Notes: a model not told the origin generated them from the letters alone. A stretch of DNA of 64,000 nt from Anaeramoeba ignava BMAN (GCA_028826165.1 JAPDFW010000064.1:310001-374000); one strand, 5' to 3'; shown: positions 26,150 through 40,522, counted from the stretch's first letter. A program made the numbers and translations.

Positions 26150-27642
26150 ATGTCAAGACCAGAAAGAATTGCACCACCTGAAATTTATTATAATGAAACG
26201 GAAGCCAAAAAATATACAACAAATTCAAGAATGATATTAATTCAAACAAAAATGGCAGAAAGAGCATTTGAATTATTAAATTTACCTTCAACAATTTCCA
26301 ATAGTAATAAATTACTTTCAAATGAAAGTGAAGATGAAAGTGAAGATGAAAGTGAAGATGAAAATGAAAGTGAAGATGAAATGAAAATGAAAATGAAAAT
26401 GAAAATGAAAATGAAAATGAAAATGAAAATGGAAATGATAATGAAAATGAAAATGTAAATGAAAATGAAAATGAAAATGAAAATGAAAATGGAAATGATA
26501 ATGAAGATGAAAATGAAAATGAAAATGAAAATGAAAATGAAAATGTAAATGCCAAAGAGAATGAAAATGCCAATGAAATTGAAATTGAATATGATAATCA
26601 AAATAGAGATATCAATGTCATGGATAATGATAATGATAATGATAATGACAATGAAAATGATAATGATAATGACATTGATACAGAATTATCCCGTTATTTA
26701 ATATTAGATATTGGAAGTGGATCAGGATTAAGTTCTCATGTTCTTTCAAAAAATAATCAAATTTGTGTTGGAGTTGATATTTCACCTGCAATGCTTTGTA
26801 AAAAATTGATTATTACACAAATTTTAATTTTGAAAAAAAAAATAATTTTTAATTTCTTGTTTGAAAAATTCAAAAGCAATTTCAAAAGAAAGAAATCTTT
26901 TGGGAGATTCTTTATTAGTTGATATTGGACAAGGTCTTCCTTTTAGAACAGGAATATTTGATGGAGCAATTAGGTATTTATAAAAAGAAATATTTTAATT
27001 TTAAATTGATTTTAAATTGATTTTAAATTGATTTTAATTTGATTTTAAATTGATTTTAAATTAATTTTAAATTGATTTTAAATTTGATTTTAATTTGATT
27101 TTAAATTGATTTTAATTTTAAATTGATTTTAAATTGATTTTAATAGCATTTCTGCAATTCAATGGCTTTGTTATGCACATCAATCAGATCATATTCCACA
27201 AAGAAGATTAAAAATATTTTTTGAATCTTTATATAAATGTTTAACAAAAGAAGCAAGAGTAGCATTACAATTTTATCCAGAAACACCAGGACAAATTGAA
27301 TTATTAACAAAATCCGCTTCAAGATGTGGATTTACAGGAGGAGTTGTAATCGATTATCCAAATTCTTCTCGTGCAAAAAAATTCTTTTTATGCCTTTTTT
27401 CTGGTGGAGTTTCAAGACCTTTACCAAAAGCTCTTGGAGAAAATGATGAAAATCAATCAGAAAAACAAATTAGATTCACAAAATCAAAACAAAGAAAAAT
27501 TCAAAAACAAAAAAGAAGAAAAAAACCTCCTGTCAAAAGTAGACAATGGGTTTTAATGAAAAAATCAAGAGCAAGAAAAGCTGGTCAAAAAGTAAGACCT
27601 GATACTAAATATACAGCTCGTAAAAGAAGAGATCGTTGGTAA
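26150..27642 (+). CDS. BUD23: 18S rRNA guanine-N7 methyltransferase
   Basis: [62 protein letters not shown]. Introns about 26798-26876 and 26973-27146. NE/ND insertion with a frame break near 26380. Confidence 0.93.
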
Positions 27643-27865
27643 AAAATAAAATAAAATAAAATAAAATAAAATAAGATAAAAGAAAAGAAAAGAAAAGAAA
27701 ATGGAACTTTTTTTTGCTTTTTTTTTAATAACCCAAAAGTAAATTGCGTAAAGAAAAAAAAAATCAATCAATGAATGAATGAATGAACACTCAATTTTGG
27801 AGTTAAGAAATTTCTTATTAAAATTTGTTCGAATTGAATTTAAAAAATTTGGTTTAAATTTGAGG

Positions 27866-27896
<31 letters not shown>

Positions 27897-27990
27897 GAAA
27901 AGAAAAAAAAAGAAATTTTTTTGATTGAATTTAAAAAAGGTCATTTTAAATTGATTTTTCAGATTGTAATAAAAATGTGAAATATTAAGA

Positions 27991-30973
27991 TCAATTCATC
28001 ATAAATTCTCTCATTGGATGAGAACGACCTCTTCTTTGAGTTTCAAAAGCAATTTCAACTTTATCAACAAGTTCATTAATTGCATTTGTTCCGTTTGTGA
28101 TATTAACAAGATAAGAGGCTAAAAGTGCATCATTGAATTCTTTTTGGAATTGATTTGTGAATTCTTGAGAATCAATTGCTGGAAGTTTGTTTATAACTGA
28201 ATAGCATTGTCGAGTAATTGCCAAATTTGGTTTGAGTTTTCCTGATGATACTGCTCCAAGATACTTGATAATAACTTGGAGTTTAGTATGAAGCATTTTA
28301 ACAGCTGAATGTGTAGTTTTTAAGTGAGCTCCCACTTTTATTTATTATTTTAATTTATAATTTAATTTTTAATTTATAATTTTAATTTTAATTTATAATT
28401 TTAATTTATAATTTTAATTTTGATTTTAATTTTAATTTTAATTTTAATTTTATTTATAATTTTAATATTAATTTTAATTAATTTTAATTTTAATTTTAAT
28501 TTTAATTTATAATTTTAATTTATAATTTTAATTTTAATTTTATTTATAATTTAATTTTAATTTTAATTTTAATTTTAATTTATAATTTTAATTTTAATTT
28601 TATTTATAATTTTATTTATAATTTTATTTATAATTTTATTAATAATTTTATTTATAATTTTAATATTAATTTTAATATTAATTTTAATATTAATTTTATT
28701 TATAATTTTATTTATAATTTAATTTATAATTTTATTTATAATTTTATTTATAATTTAATTTTAATTTTAATTTTAAATTTAATTTATAATTTTATTTATA
28801 ATTTTAATTTTAATTTTAATTTATAATTTAATTTTAATTTTAATATTAATTTTAATTATAATTTTATTTATATTTTTAATAATGAATTACATTGTGATTC
28901 TTTCTTTTCAGAAACACCAGCAAATTTTGCAACATGATCAATTGATAATCTTTCAGCTTCATTTGAAGCAATTTTAAATGGTGTTTTAACAAAAAAAATC
29001 TTAAAATAATATTTTAAGATTAAAACTAAATTAAGAAAAATAAAATTATTAAAAATAAATTACTTTTGGCGATCCATCAATAATCTTTAATTCTGATTCA
29101 AATATTGTAATAGGAAGTTCTTGAATATTTTCAGCAGGTTTTGGATCAAATAACAAATAAAATGGATTATCATTAAATTCAAGCAACTAGAAATTTATAA
29201 TTTAATTTATAATTTTATTTATAATTTAATTTATAATTTTATTTATAATTTTAATTTATAATTTAATTTATAATTTAATTTATAATTTTATTTATAATTT
29301 ATAATTTTATTTATATTAATTTTATAATTTAATTTATATTTTTATTTATAATTTAATTTATAATTTTATTTATAATTTAATTTATATTTTAATTTATAAT
29401 TTAATTTATAATTTAATTTATAATTTAATTTATAATTTAATTTATAATTTAATTTATTATTTAATTTATAGTTTAATTTATAATTTTATTTATAATTTTA
29501 TTTATAATTTAATTTATAATTTAATTTATAATTTTATTTATAATTTTATTTATAATTTTATTTATAATTTTATTTATAATTTAATTTATAATTTAATTTG
29601 TAATTTTATTTATAATTTTATTTATAATTTAATTTATAATTTTAATTTATAATTTTATTTATAATTTAATTTATTTATAATTTTATTTATAATTTTAATT
29701 TATAATTTTAATTTATATTTTTTATTTAATTTATAATTTTATTTATAATTTTATTTATAATTTAATTTATAATTTAATTTATAATTTAATTTATAATTTA
29801 ATTTATAATTTAATTTATAATTTAATTTATAATTTAATTTATAATTTTATTTATAATTTAATTTATAATTTAATTTATAATTTTAATTTATTTTATTTTT
29901 TAATTTTATTTTAATTTTATTTTTTATAATTTAATTTATAATTTTAATTTATAATTTAATTTATAATTTTATTTATAATTTAATTTATAATTTTATTTAT
30001 AATTTAATTTATAATTTTATTTATAATTTAATTTATAATTTTAATTTATAATTTTATTTATAATTTTATTATTTAATTTATAATTTAATTTATAATTTAA
30101 TTTATAGTTTTAATTTATAATTTAATTTATAATTTAATTTTATTTATAATTTAATTTATAATTTAATTTATAATTTAATTTATAATTTTATTTATAATTT
30201 TATTTATAATTTTATTTATAATTTTAATTTATAATTTTATTTATAATTTTATTTATAATTTTAATTTATAATTTTAATTTATAATTTAATTTATAATTTA
30301 ATTTATAATTTAATTTATAATTTTATTTATAATTTTATTTATAATTTAATTTATTATTTTATTTATAATTTAATTTATAATTTTATTTATAATTTAATTT
30401 ATAATTTTATTTATAATTTAATTTATAATTTTATAATTTTGTAATAAAGAAAGAAACAATACAGTTTGATGAACAACAATATCATTTTGTTCTATATCTT
30501 TTCCTGAAGAATACCAACCTAAAAATTCATATTCAGGAAAGACCTGAGAAACTATAAAAGAAGAAAAAGAGAAAAAAAATTAATTAAATAAATATAAATG
30601 AATAAATAAATATAAATAAAACAAACATTGTTCTCTTTTTTGCACAAAATAAGTTGTATCAATAACAAGTTGTTTCTCAACAATATCATAAACAAGCTCA
30701 AAAGAATTATGGATTTCAACCTAAAAATGATAATATAAATAAAAATAATAAATAATAAATAAAAATAATATAAATAATAAATAAATATAATATAAATATA
30801 ATATTTAATATAATATTTACTCGTCTTCCAACAAGTGTACCGAGAAGTGCTCCAACAACTCTTGGTTCTTTTTTTTCATTAAGTTTTGCTCGTGTATAAT
30901 GGTCAGTGATGTTAATTAAAACTAATGGATGCAACATCACTTCTAATGCACTGCTTGATTGTATTTGTGTCAT
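27991..30973 (-). CDS. CSN6: COP9 signalosome subunit 6
   Basis: LHPLVLINITDHYTR, VVGALLG, EIHNSFEL, FLGWY, EAERLSIDHVA, NDALLASYL. Five introns (about 30721-30819, 30553-30627, 29188-30462, 29000-29063, 28336-28890). Confidence 0.9.
28345..28880. repeat. Intronic TTTTAA/TTTATAA satellite
   Basis: Fills the last CSN6 intron. Confidence 0.85.
29190..30440. repeat. Intronic 12-13-nt satellite (TTTATAATTTAA)n
   Basis: Fills CSN6 intron 3. Confidence 0.9.
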
Positions 30974-31280
30974 TTTTAAGAAAAATGAAAAGAGAAAAAT
31001 GAAAAAAAAAATTAAAAAAAAAATGAAAAAAAATGAAAAAAAAGATGGAACTCTTTTTTAATTAAAAATTCCATTCTAATTTAATATTAAAATTATTTAA
31101 ATGTCATTTTGATTTTTGATTTTGTTTTTGTTTTTGTTTTTGTTTTTGATTTTGTTTTTGATTTTGATTTTTGATTTTGATTTTTGATTTTTGATTTTGA
31201 TTTTGATTTTGTTTTTGTTTTTGTTTTTGATTTTGATTTTATTTTTTATTTTTTCATTCAAAAAAAATTCAAATTCAAAT

Positions 31281-32468
31281 TCAAATTTTTTGATTCTTTT
31301 GATTCTTTTGATCCTTTGAAAATTCTTGAATAATTTCCTTAGCTTTGCTAATAAACTCAGTTTTATTAAAATCATTTTCAAATTTCAAAATAATTTTTTC
31401 TCTTGAACTACAACTCCAAAAACTTTTAGGTTTTTTTTGGAACGAAATTTTAGTAATTAAATTATCCAAAGCATAAGACTCGATAAAAACATTTTTTCTG
31501 AAGAGATCCGATAAAGTTTCTTGAGGAGTTGTTATTGAAAAAGTTGCCGGACCAAGATCAACTTTTCCGTTAATTTTTGGATTTAATTGACTATCAAGAA
31601 TTTTTATTTGATAAGTGGATATTTTTTTGTGAGACTGCGAATCGGAATCTGTCTTCATGTTCTTATCCAATAAGTCATGACGACTTGATTCTTGTTTTGT
31701 TTTTATTTCTTGGTGATTTTTTAGGGTCATATAATGATTACGAAAAATTCGCAGAAAATTTTGACACTTTTCCGGATTTGGAAATAAAATGAAATATGAG
31801 TCTTCGTTCTCTAGAACTATTTTTAAGAGCGATTGACGTCGCGGATGTGCAGAAATCTTAGTCTGAAGAATAGGAACGTTGATCCGCTTTTCCGTTATTA
31901 ACGTCAAATCATTTGTCCCTAAAATTACTTTGATTTGATTCATTTCTACTAGGTTTTTGTTCAGAAGTTTCACTGAAAAACTTGTCATAGGTATTTTAAG
32001 TGACCCAAACTCATTAAATTCTTCTATAAACTCGTTGCATTGTTCTGTTGTTTCAAATGAAATTGTTATCTTGTTAATGTCAAAACATCTGAAAATCCCT
32101 TTTTTTTGTTTTTGGAATTTTATTTTGGCTAGTTTGTCTTTTGTTTGATGTTGTTTGACTTTCACTTTTTCTGTCCATTTATTTGTGTAAATTTCATTAG
32201 GTGTTTTTAATTCTATTTTAGCTGAGTCAAGAAAAAGTGTCGCTTGTTGTTTTTGATTATTTTTTTTTTTGAGGATTGAGACATTGAAGAGTTTTTTGAA
32301 AGATTGGGGGTTATTTTCATTTTTATTTTCTAATTCATTTTTGTTTTCTAATTCATTTTCATTTTTTAATTCATTTTTTAATTCATTTTCATTTTTTAAT
32401 TCATTTTCGTTTTTTAATTCATTTTCATTTTTGTTTACATCATGTTTTTGTTCTTGTTTTTCACTCAT
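31281..32468 (-). CDS. Uncharacterised protein with about 3 repeated ~100-aa PH-like units
   Basis: Intronless ORF with a recurring pattern FxVx(I/L)L...HP/HQ...KI...F...xxxFIxxF. Confidence 0.6.
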   Translation of the reverse strand: MSEKQEQKHDVNKNENELKNENELKNENELKNELKNENELENKNELENKNENNPQSFKKLFNVSILKKKNNQKQQATLFLDSAKIELKTPNEIYTNKWTEKVKVKQHQTKDKLAKIKFQKQKKGIFRCFDINKITISFETTEQCNEFIEEFNEFGSLKIPMTSFSVKLLNKNLVEMNQIKVILGTNDLTLITEKRINVPILQTKISAHPRRQSLLKIVLENEDSYFILFPNPEKCQNFLRIFRNHYMTLKNHQEIKTKQESSRHDLLDKNMKTDSDSQSHKKISTYQIKILDSQLNPKINGKVDLGPATFSITTPQETLSDLFRKNVFIESYALDNLITKISFQKKPKSFWSCSSREKIILKFENDFNKTEFISKAKEIIQEFSKDQKNQKNQKI

Positions 32469-32678
32469 TTTAAATTTAAAAAATTAAAAATTAAAAAAAA
32501 AGAAAAAAAATGAAAATGATTTTTAAAAAAAAATTTTTTATGATTTTTGATTTTTTTTTGTTAATTTTTTGATTATTAATTAATTTAAAATTGAAATTAA
32601 ATTTTATTAAGAAAAAAAAAGAAATTTTCCTTATTTTGAAATTAGAAAAAAAAAAAGAAAAAAAAGAAAAAAAAAATT

Positions 32679-33263
32679 TCAGTTATTTTGAGAAGAAAAA
32701 TTTTGAATAGCGTTATGAATTTCCTTCATTTCTTTAACCAAAAATTGGAGGTCATTTTTATCACATTCAAATAAAACAGTTTTATCATTAAGATTTAAAT
32801 TATTGTCATCAACATTATCAACATTTCCAATTTTAAACTCAACAATAGCGACAGGATCATTTAAATTCAAAACATGTCTAGTTCTTGTTTTCAAATCAAC
32901 TCTCCAAGTGATATTTTTCAAAGTATTATTAAAAATTGATTTTTTTGCTAAAGCTTCATGAATAGAATCTTTTTCTTTATTCCAAAATCTTTGGAAAATA
33001 TTTCTGTAATTTTGTGGCAATTTTTTTGCAATTAATTCTTTCATAAAATCTTGTGAATCCCAATTATGATATCCTGCTTTTTTTAATAATCTTGTTAATT
33101 CTTCAACTATTGAATTAATTGCTTCTTTATCTAGTTTTGATCCTGAAAATAAATTTTCTAAAATTGCTTCATTTAGTGCTTCTTCTTGATTATAAAATAT
33201 CTTTTTAACAATATTAGCGACTAAAGTCATAAATGGTTTTAATTGAATATCAATTGCATTCAT
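32679..33263 (-). CDS. COMMD1: COMM domain protein, COMMD1-like
   Basis: FWNKEKDSIHEAL...LKNITWRVDLKTRTRH...PVAIVEF resembles the COMMD1 COMM domain. Confidence 0.8.
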   Translation of the reverse strand: MNAIDIQLKPFMTLVANIVKKIFYNQEEALNEAILENLFSGSKLDKEAINSIVEELTRLLKKAGYHNWDSQDFMKELIAKKLPQNYRNIFQRFWNKEKDSIHEALAKKSIFNNTLKNITWRVDLKTRTRHVLNLNDPVAIVEFKIGNVDNVDDNNLNLNDKTVLFECDKNDLQFLVKEMKEIHNAIQNFSSQNN

Positions 33264-33389
33264 TTTTTTTTTAATAAAAAATATAAAATTATAAAATGAA
33301 AAAAATGAAAAAAATGAAAAAAATTTTTATTTTTTTTTTAGAAAGAAATTGAAAGAAAATGAAAGAAAATGAAAGAAATTGATTATTTT

Positions 33390-33735
33390 TAATTTGATTT
33401 TTAATTTTAATTTTGATTTTGATTTTAATTTTGATTTTTATTTTTAATTTAATTTGATTTTAATTTTAATTTGATTTTAATTTTAATTTTGATTTTGATT
33501 TTGATTTTGATTTTGATTTTGATTTTGATTTTGAATTTTAATTTTAATTTTAATTTTGATTTTGATTTTGATTTTAATTTTGATTTTAATTTTGATTTTA
33601 ATTTTGATTTTGATTTTGATTTTGATTTTGATTTTGAATTTGATTTCAATTTTGAATTTGATTTCAATTCGATTTTGATTTTGATTTTGATTTTAATTTT
33701 GATTTTAATTTTGATTTTGATTTTAAATTGATTTT
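33390..33735. repeat. (TTTTGA/TTTTAA)n intergenic hexamer repeat
   Basis: Direct tandem repeat. Confidence 0.85.
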
Positions 33736-33759
33736 AGATCATTTTCTAAAAAAAAAAAA

Positions 33760-36700
33760 TCATTTCATTTTTGGATTTGGATTTTCTCTCAAAATGCAAA
33801 TTCCTTCAAGAGTATTTGTCAAAGAAAAATATTCATCATTAGCCATTTCACCTCTTTCACCAAAACCAAGTAAAACTGGAGTTTGATGAGTTTGGAAGCC
33901 AGTAATAGTTTTAGGTTTACCAGCTTGACCGACGACATCAACAGCTTTTCCAACACGGACAGTGGCTTTCACGAGATCCAAGTTCTCGTTGACAGTGACA
34001 AGCATCTTTGGATAAATGGCGCAAACAAGCCAATATAAAAGATAATGAGAACTTCCGAAAATGGTGTTTTTGATGTCAATTGCAGAATGAAGAACCGCCA
34101 ATAAACCGCCAATTGCAACGCGATGGAAAAGAAAACGGTCGGAATAAAAGGGGTTTATTGTGAGGGTTCCTTTGCCCATTTGCAAAATTCCCTGCGAAAT
34201 TCTGACAAGAAATAAATGGTTTGCTTCTTTTGAATAATATTCAGCTAAATGCTTAAGAATTTGCGCAATTCGCGCATTGGATGTTCCAGCTCCAACAATA
34301 CCAAGTGCGAGAATTGCGGAATATGCAATATCAGGGTTAGAATCGTGAGTCAATCGGCTTAAAGTTTCAATAACCTCAATTTTTGGGTTCGATGAATAAA
34401 GCAGTCCCATTGCAAGTGGAACAGCAATTCTAACGGATTTTTCTCCGTATTGAAGTAAGTGATTGAACGTCCGCAAAAGCATTTCAGACCCTATTTCCTC
34501 GCCCATGCCTATTAGCGCGAGTCCGATAACCGCAACAGAAAGATGCTCGTTGACCGGCGTCTTGTCTTCCTGTTTTTTCGTCTCGTTTTGATTGTTTCTT
34601 CTGCGGTTTGGACCCATTCGATTATTTTGATTTTGATTTTGATTATTATTATTATTATTGTTTTCATTGTTTTCTTGTTTTTCTTTTTCTTCTTTTTCTT
34701 TTTGTTCTGCAATATTTTTCAAAGAGAGTGTAATTTCATGAAGAATTCGTTGAATTTTTAAAACATTTCCTGTTGCGGTATATGCGCATGTTTCAACAGT
34801 CATTGCGCAATATTCCGAAAAGTCTCCCTCGATAGCTTTCAAGGCAACAAGAATAAACTCGACATCCTCTTGCTTTCCGAGGAATACAAGTCCGAGACCA
34901 AGCGGGATGAATCGGGTGTGTGGATGCTTGAGATTTTCTCCCTTCAAATCAAGTAGGATCTTGACAAAAAGATCCGCAACATCGTAATTTCCTGTGCCGA
35001 TGAATATCAAACCAACAGACAAACAAGCCTGCGCAATTGTCTCAATAGAGTTATTTGGATCATCAATAATTGCTGTTAGTGTCTCGAGAACATCCTCGCG
35101 GTTTGTTCCCGAATAAGCCATTCCGAGCCCGATAACGGCGCCCGTTTTCATGATTTGTGTCGGATTATGTTCTGATTCATCTTCTAAATATGATGTTAAC
35201 AATGCAAGTGCTGGATCAAATTCGTTTTTAATTCCACAATTGATCATTCCAATAGAAAGAAGTGCTCCTGCCCGAATATAATCCTCCTTAGAATACAAAA
35301 ATTTATCAATCTGTGAAAGTCCATCGTCAACATCCCATAGAAAAATCATTCCTAATGATGCTGCCGCGCTCATCATTCCGTGGTCTTTATTCTTGTAAAG
35401 CCACCGGTTTCCATCTTCAACCATCAGTGAATCCCGTCCAAATCCTGCGTGGAAAAATGCATTTGCAAATGTTGTTGCTAAATTCTGTTTTGCGCTATCC
35501 ACGTTTGTTGCGAGTTTGTCTTGGCTTTCGTCTCCAATTTTGAAAATCTCAACAATTGTTTTTGGTTCTGTTATTTCAAGACTTTCTATTAGTTTTCGGA
35601 AGTAAATTGAGAGTTTTTCGTTGTTCATAATTTCAACTAAATCTTCTTTTTCTGTTTCGATTGTGATTAATTGCCGAGCCAACATGAAAGCGATTTGCTT
35701 TTTTAGCAATCTTATTTTTAATTTTTTAATTTAAATTTTAAATTTTAATTTTTAATTTTATTTTTAAATTTTTAATTTTTAAATTTTTAATTTTAATTTA
35801 ATTTAATTTTTAATTTTTATTTTTAATTTTTTATTTTAATTTTAATTTTTAATTTAAATTTTAATTTTTAATTTTTAATTTTAAATTTTTAATTTAATTT
35901 TTAATTTTTGTTATTTACTCGTCTTCGCATGATTCCAAAATATTTGAAATTGATTCTAAATCATTCAATCTTATAGCAACTCTCACAGCATCAGTAAATT
36001 GATTCATTTTCAAATAAATTTGTAAAACAACTTTTAAAATTTCTGAGTCTTCAGGTTCTGGAACATATTGTGAACAGGAAAGTAAATAAATACATACTCT
36101 TGTAAAATTATGATCATTAGCATAAGGAATAAGTAATGGAATTTTCTCAGTTTCCATTAATAAATCACAAGCATCAGGTTCAGCATTATGTTCCATATTG
36201 AATTTTACAATAATTTCAATCAATGCTTCTAGTTGTGTTAAGTTTTCTTTATTATCTTTTCGTAAATTATATTCTTCTGCAACTTCTCCTAGTAAATGTT
36301 TAACATATTCATGCCCCCAAGTTCCAATATCTTCAACATCTCCTTCTAACTTGTATTTTAATGTATTTCTTTCATTTAATGAACTCATTGCCATACTTAA
36401 AACACTTAAAACATCTGCAAATAAAACCTACAAAAAATTTATGATTTAATTTCAGTTTTAATTTTAATTTTAATTTTAATTTTAATTTTAATTTTAATTT
36501 TAATTTTAATTTTAATTTTAATTTTAATTTTATAAATTAATTTTAGTTTTAATTTTAATTTTAATTTTAATTTTAATTTTAATTTTAATTTTTAATTTTA
36601 ATTTTAATTTTAATTTTAATTATAAATGAATTTTAGTTTTAATTTTAATTTTATATTTAATTTTAATTTTAATTTTATAAATTTAATTTTAATTTTAATT

Positions 36701-37614
36701 TTAATTTTAATTTTAATTTTAATTTAATTTTAGAATTTTAATTTTAATTTTAATTTTAATTTTAATTTTAATTTTATAAATGAATTTTAATTTTAATTTT
36801 AATTTTATAAATGAATTTTAATTTTAATTTTAATTTTAATTTTAATTTTAATTTTAATTTTAATTTTAATTTTAATTTTAATTTTAATTTTAATTTTAAT
36901 TTTAATTTTAATTTTTTAATTTTAATTTTTAATTTTAATTTTAATTTTAATTTTAATTTTAATTTTAATTTTAATTTTAATTTTTAATTTTAATTTTAAT
37001 TTTAATTTTAATTTTAATTTTAATTTTAATTTTATAAATGAATTTTAATTTTAATTTTAATTTTATAAAATGAATTTTAATTTTAATTTTAATTTTTAAT
37101 TTTAATTTTTAATTTTAATTTTAATTTTTAATTTTAATTTTATAAATGAATTTTAATTTTAATTTTATATTTAATTTTAATTTTATAAATGAGTTTTAGT
37201 TTTATAAATGAATTTTAATTTTAATTTTATAAATGAATTTTAATTTTAATTTTAATTTTAATTTTAATTTTATAAATGAATTTTAATTTTAATTTTAATT
37301 TTGATTTTAATTTAATTTAAAATTGAGAATTATTAATGTACTTTTGTTTTTGATTGTTCCATTTGAGAATAAATATTTGTAAGATGATGAAAGAAAGGTT
37401 TTAAAAATTTTAAAGGCTTTGGAACACTTGTCATTGAACCTGTTGCCATTTTAATCTCCTTTTTGATTGTTTCTAATGCTGTTTGTTGAACTGAAATATC
37501 TTTTTCTGATAATTTTTCTACTAATGTTTCTAACTCATTTTTTAATGCAAGATCTTCATCACTTAATTCAATTGTTTCTTCTGTTTTTTCAATTTTTTTT
37601 TGTGTTTTTGACAT
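33760..37614 (-). CDS. RPN1: 26S proteasome regulatory subunit RPN1/PSMD2
   Basis: SMTSVPKPLKFL, WGHEYVKHL, SAKQNLA, SAAASLG, VDVVGQAGKPKTITGFQTH. Introns about 36428-37341 and 35711-35918. Confidence 0.97.
36450..37320. repeat. Intronic (TTTTAA)n satellite with ATAAATGAA interruptions
   Basis: Fills RPN1 intron 1. Confidence 0.9.
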
Positions 37615-37872
37615 TAAATTTAAATTTTTAAAATTGGAAAAAAATGAAAAAAAAAATGAAAAAAAAAAATATTTTTAATTAAAAAAAAAAAGAAAAAAGA
37701 AAAAAAAAATTATTAATTTAATTAATAAAATGAGTAATTGTTTTTCATAATTTAGTAATTAATAAAAAAGAAAAAAGAAAAAAGAAAAAAGAAAAAAGAA
37801 AAAAGAAAAAAGAAAAAGAAAAGTGGAACAAAAAAAAAATTCAATTAAATTTCATTTAAAAATTTGGGAAAA

Positions 37873-40442
37873 TTAATTGTAAGGTTCATAAGAATATCCA
37901 TTATATAAATTAACAACGCCAGTAAGTATTAAAATTGTATCAATAAGCCACCAAATTCCAACTCCACCTAAAGTTAACAATTTTCCAATTCCACATCCAA
38001 TATTTCCCATATAAAATCTATCAGCACCAGTATAACCCAAAAAAACTGATAAAATCATTGCAGTTGAGAAATATCGATTATTATATCTATATTTTACAAA
38101 TAGATATTAATTTTAATTTTAATTTTAATTTTAATTTTAATTTTAATTTTAATTTTAATTTTAATTTTAATTTTAATTTTAATTTTAATTTTAATTTTAA
38201 TTTTAATTTTAATTTTAATTTTAATTTTAATTTTAATTTTAATTTTAATTTTAATTTTAATTTTTATTTTAATTTTTTATTTTAATTTTAATTTGAATTA
38301 TCTACTTTCTACAATCAATATTTTTGATAATAAATTGTCTTGGTCCAAAACATTCAATATCATCAACAACAACACAAACTGCATTTGCTGTTTTTGTTTT
38401 TGAAAACCATCTTCCACCATAATCATCATCATCACAACCATTTAAATCAGAAGAATTAAAATAAGTTGAGAAATATTTTTCAAGTTCATTTGAAAAACAT
38501 TCATAAAATGCTGGTGGACTTTTAAATTTAATTTTAAATTGATTTTAAATTGATTTTAATTTGTTTTTAAATTGATTTTGAATTGATTTTAAATTTGTTT
38601 TTAATTTGATTTTAATTTGATTTTAAATTGATTTTTAATTTGATTTGAAATTGATTTTGAAATTGAAATTGATTTTTAAATTGATTTTAAATTGATTTTA
38701 AATTGATTTTAATTTTGATTTTAAATTGATTTTTAAATTGATTTGAAATTGATTTTAAATTGATTTTTAAATTGTTTTTGAAATTGATTTTAAATTGATT
38801 TTTAAATTGATTTTAAATTGATTTTAAATTGATTTGAAATTGTTTTTAAATTGTTTTTAAATTGTTTTTTAAATTGTTTTTAATTTGATTTTTAAATTGA
38901 TTTTAATTTGATTTTTAAATTGATTTTAAATTGATTTTTAAATTGATTTTAAATTGATTTTTAAATTAATTTGAAATTGTTTTTAAATTGTTTTTGAAAT
39001 TGATTTTAATTTGATTTTAAATTGATTTAAATTGTTTTTTAATTTGATTTTAAATTGATTTGAAATTGTTTTTGAAATTGTTTTTGAAATTGATTTTAAA
39101 TTGATTTTAATTTTAATTTGATTTTAAATTGATTTTAAATTTAATTTTAAATTGCTTTTTAATTTGTTTTGAAATTGATTTTAAATTGATTTGAAATTGT
39201 TTTTAAATTGTTTTTAAATTGTTTTTAAATTGTTTTTAAATTGTTTTTAAATTGTTTTTAAATTGTTTTTAAATTGTTTTTAAAATTGATTTTAAATTGA
39301 TTTGAAATTGTTTTTGAAATTGTTTTTGAAATTGATTTTAAATTGATTTTAATTTTAATTTTAATTTGATTTTTAAATTGATTTAAATTTAATTTTAAAT
39401 TGATTTTAAATTGTTTTTGAAATTGATTTTAAATTGATTTTTAAATTGATTTTAAATTGTTTTTAAATTGATTTTTAAATTGATTTTTAAATTGTTTTTT
39501 AAATTGATTTTAATTTGATTTTAAATTGATTTTAAATTGATTTTAAATTGATTTTAAATTGTTTTTAAATTGTTTTTAAATTGATTTTTAAATTGATTTT
39601 TAAATTGTTTTTAAATTGATTTTAAATTGATTTTAAATTGATTTTAAATTGATTTTAAATTGATTTTAAATTGTTTTGAAATTGTTTTTTAAATTGATTT
39701 TAAATTGATTTAAATTTGATTTTAAATTGATTTTAAATTGATTTAAATTTGATTTTAAATTGATTTTAAATTGATTTTAAATTGATTTTAAATTGATTTT
39801 AAATTGATTTTTAAATTGATTTTAAATTAATTTTAAATTGTTTTTTAAATTGATTTTAAATTGATTTTAAATTTGATTTTAAATTTGATTTTAATTTAAT
39901 TTTAAATTGTTTCTTAAATTGATTTAAATTTGATTTTAAATTGAAATTGTTTTTTAAATTGATTTTAAATTGATTTGAAATTGATTTTAATTTGATTTTA
40001 AATTGTTTTTAAATTGATTTTAAATTGATTTTGTTTTTGAAATTGTTTTTAAATTGATTTTAAATTGATTTTGTTTTTGAAATTGATTTTAAATTGATTT
40101 TAAATTGATTTTGAAATTAATTTGAAATTGATTTTAAATTGTTTTTAAATTGTTTTTAAATTGTTTTTGAAATTGTTTTTGAAATTGAAATTGTTTTTAA
40201 TTTGTTTTTAAATTGTTTTTAAATTGTTTTTAAATTGTTTTTTAATTTGTTTTTAAATTTTACACATGTTCACATTGAATAAGTGGTGTATTTGGATCAA
40301 AATCAGTTTTATTATAGTCTTGCGTTATTATACTATCATTATAAATTATGTACTCTTTCCCTGAATTTATAAAACTCTCTCTTTCCGTTTTACAATTAAC
40401 CATAAAAAGAATTAAAATAAAAACATAAAATAAATTTTTCAT
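37873..40442 (-). CDS. TM2 domain protein (TM2D/almondex-like)
   Basis: Signal peptide, C...IECFGPRQF...C, and SVFLGYTGADRFYMG...GKLLTLGGVGIWWLID. Introns about 38519-40263 and 38087-38305. Confidence 0.9.
38520..40259. repeat. Intronic 11-nt satellite (TTTTAAATTGA)n
   Basis: About 1.7 kb filling TM2D intron 1. Confidence 0.92.
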
Positions 40443-40522
40443 TTTGTTTTGTTTTGTTTTGTTTTGTTTTGTTTTGTTTTTAAAAAAAGAAAAAAATGAA
40501 AAAATATTTTTGTTTTTTTTTT

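Noticed and set aside
27780-27835. Small nested inverted repeats (GAACA...TGTTC, ACTC...GAGT, TAAGAAATTTCTTA) as an ncRNA
   Set aside because: Stems are short and AT-rich, with no tRNA or snoRNA boxes; expected by chance.
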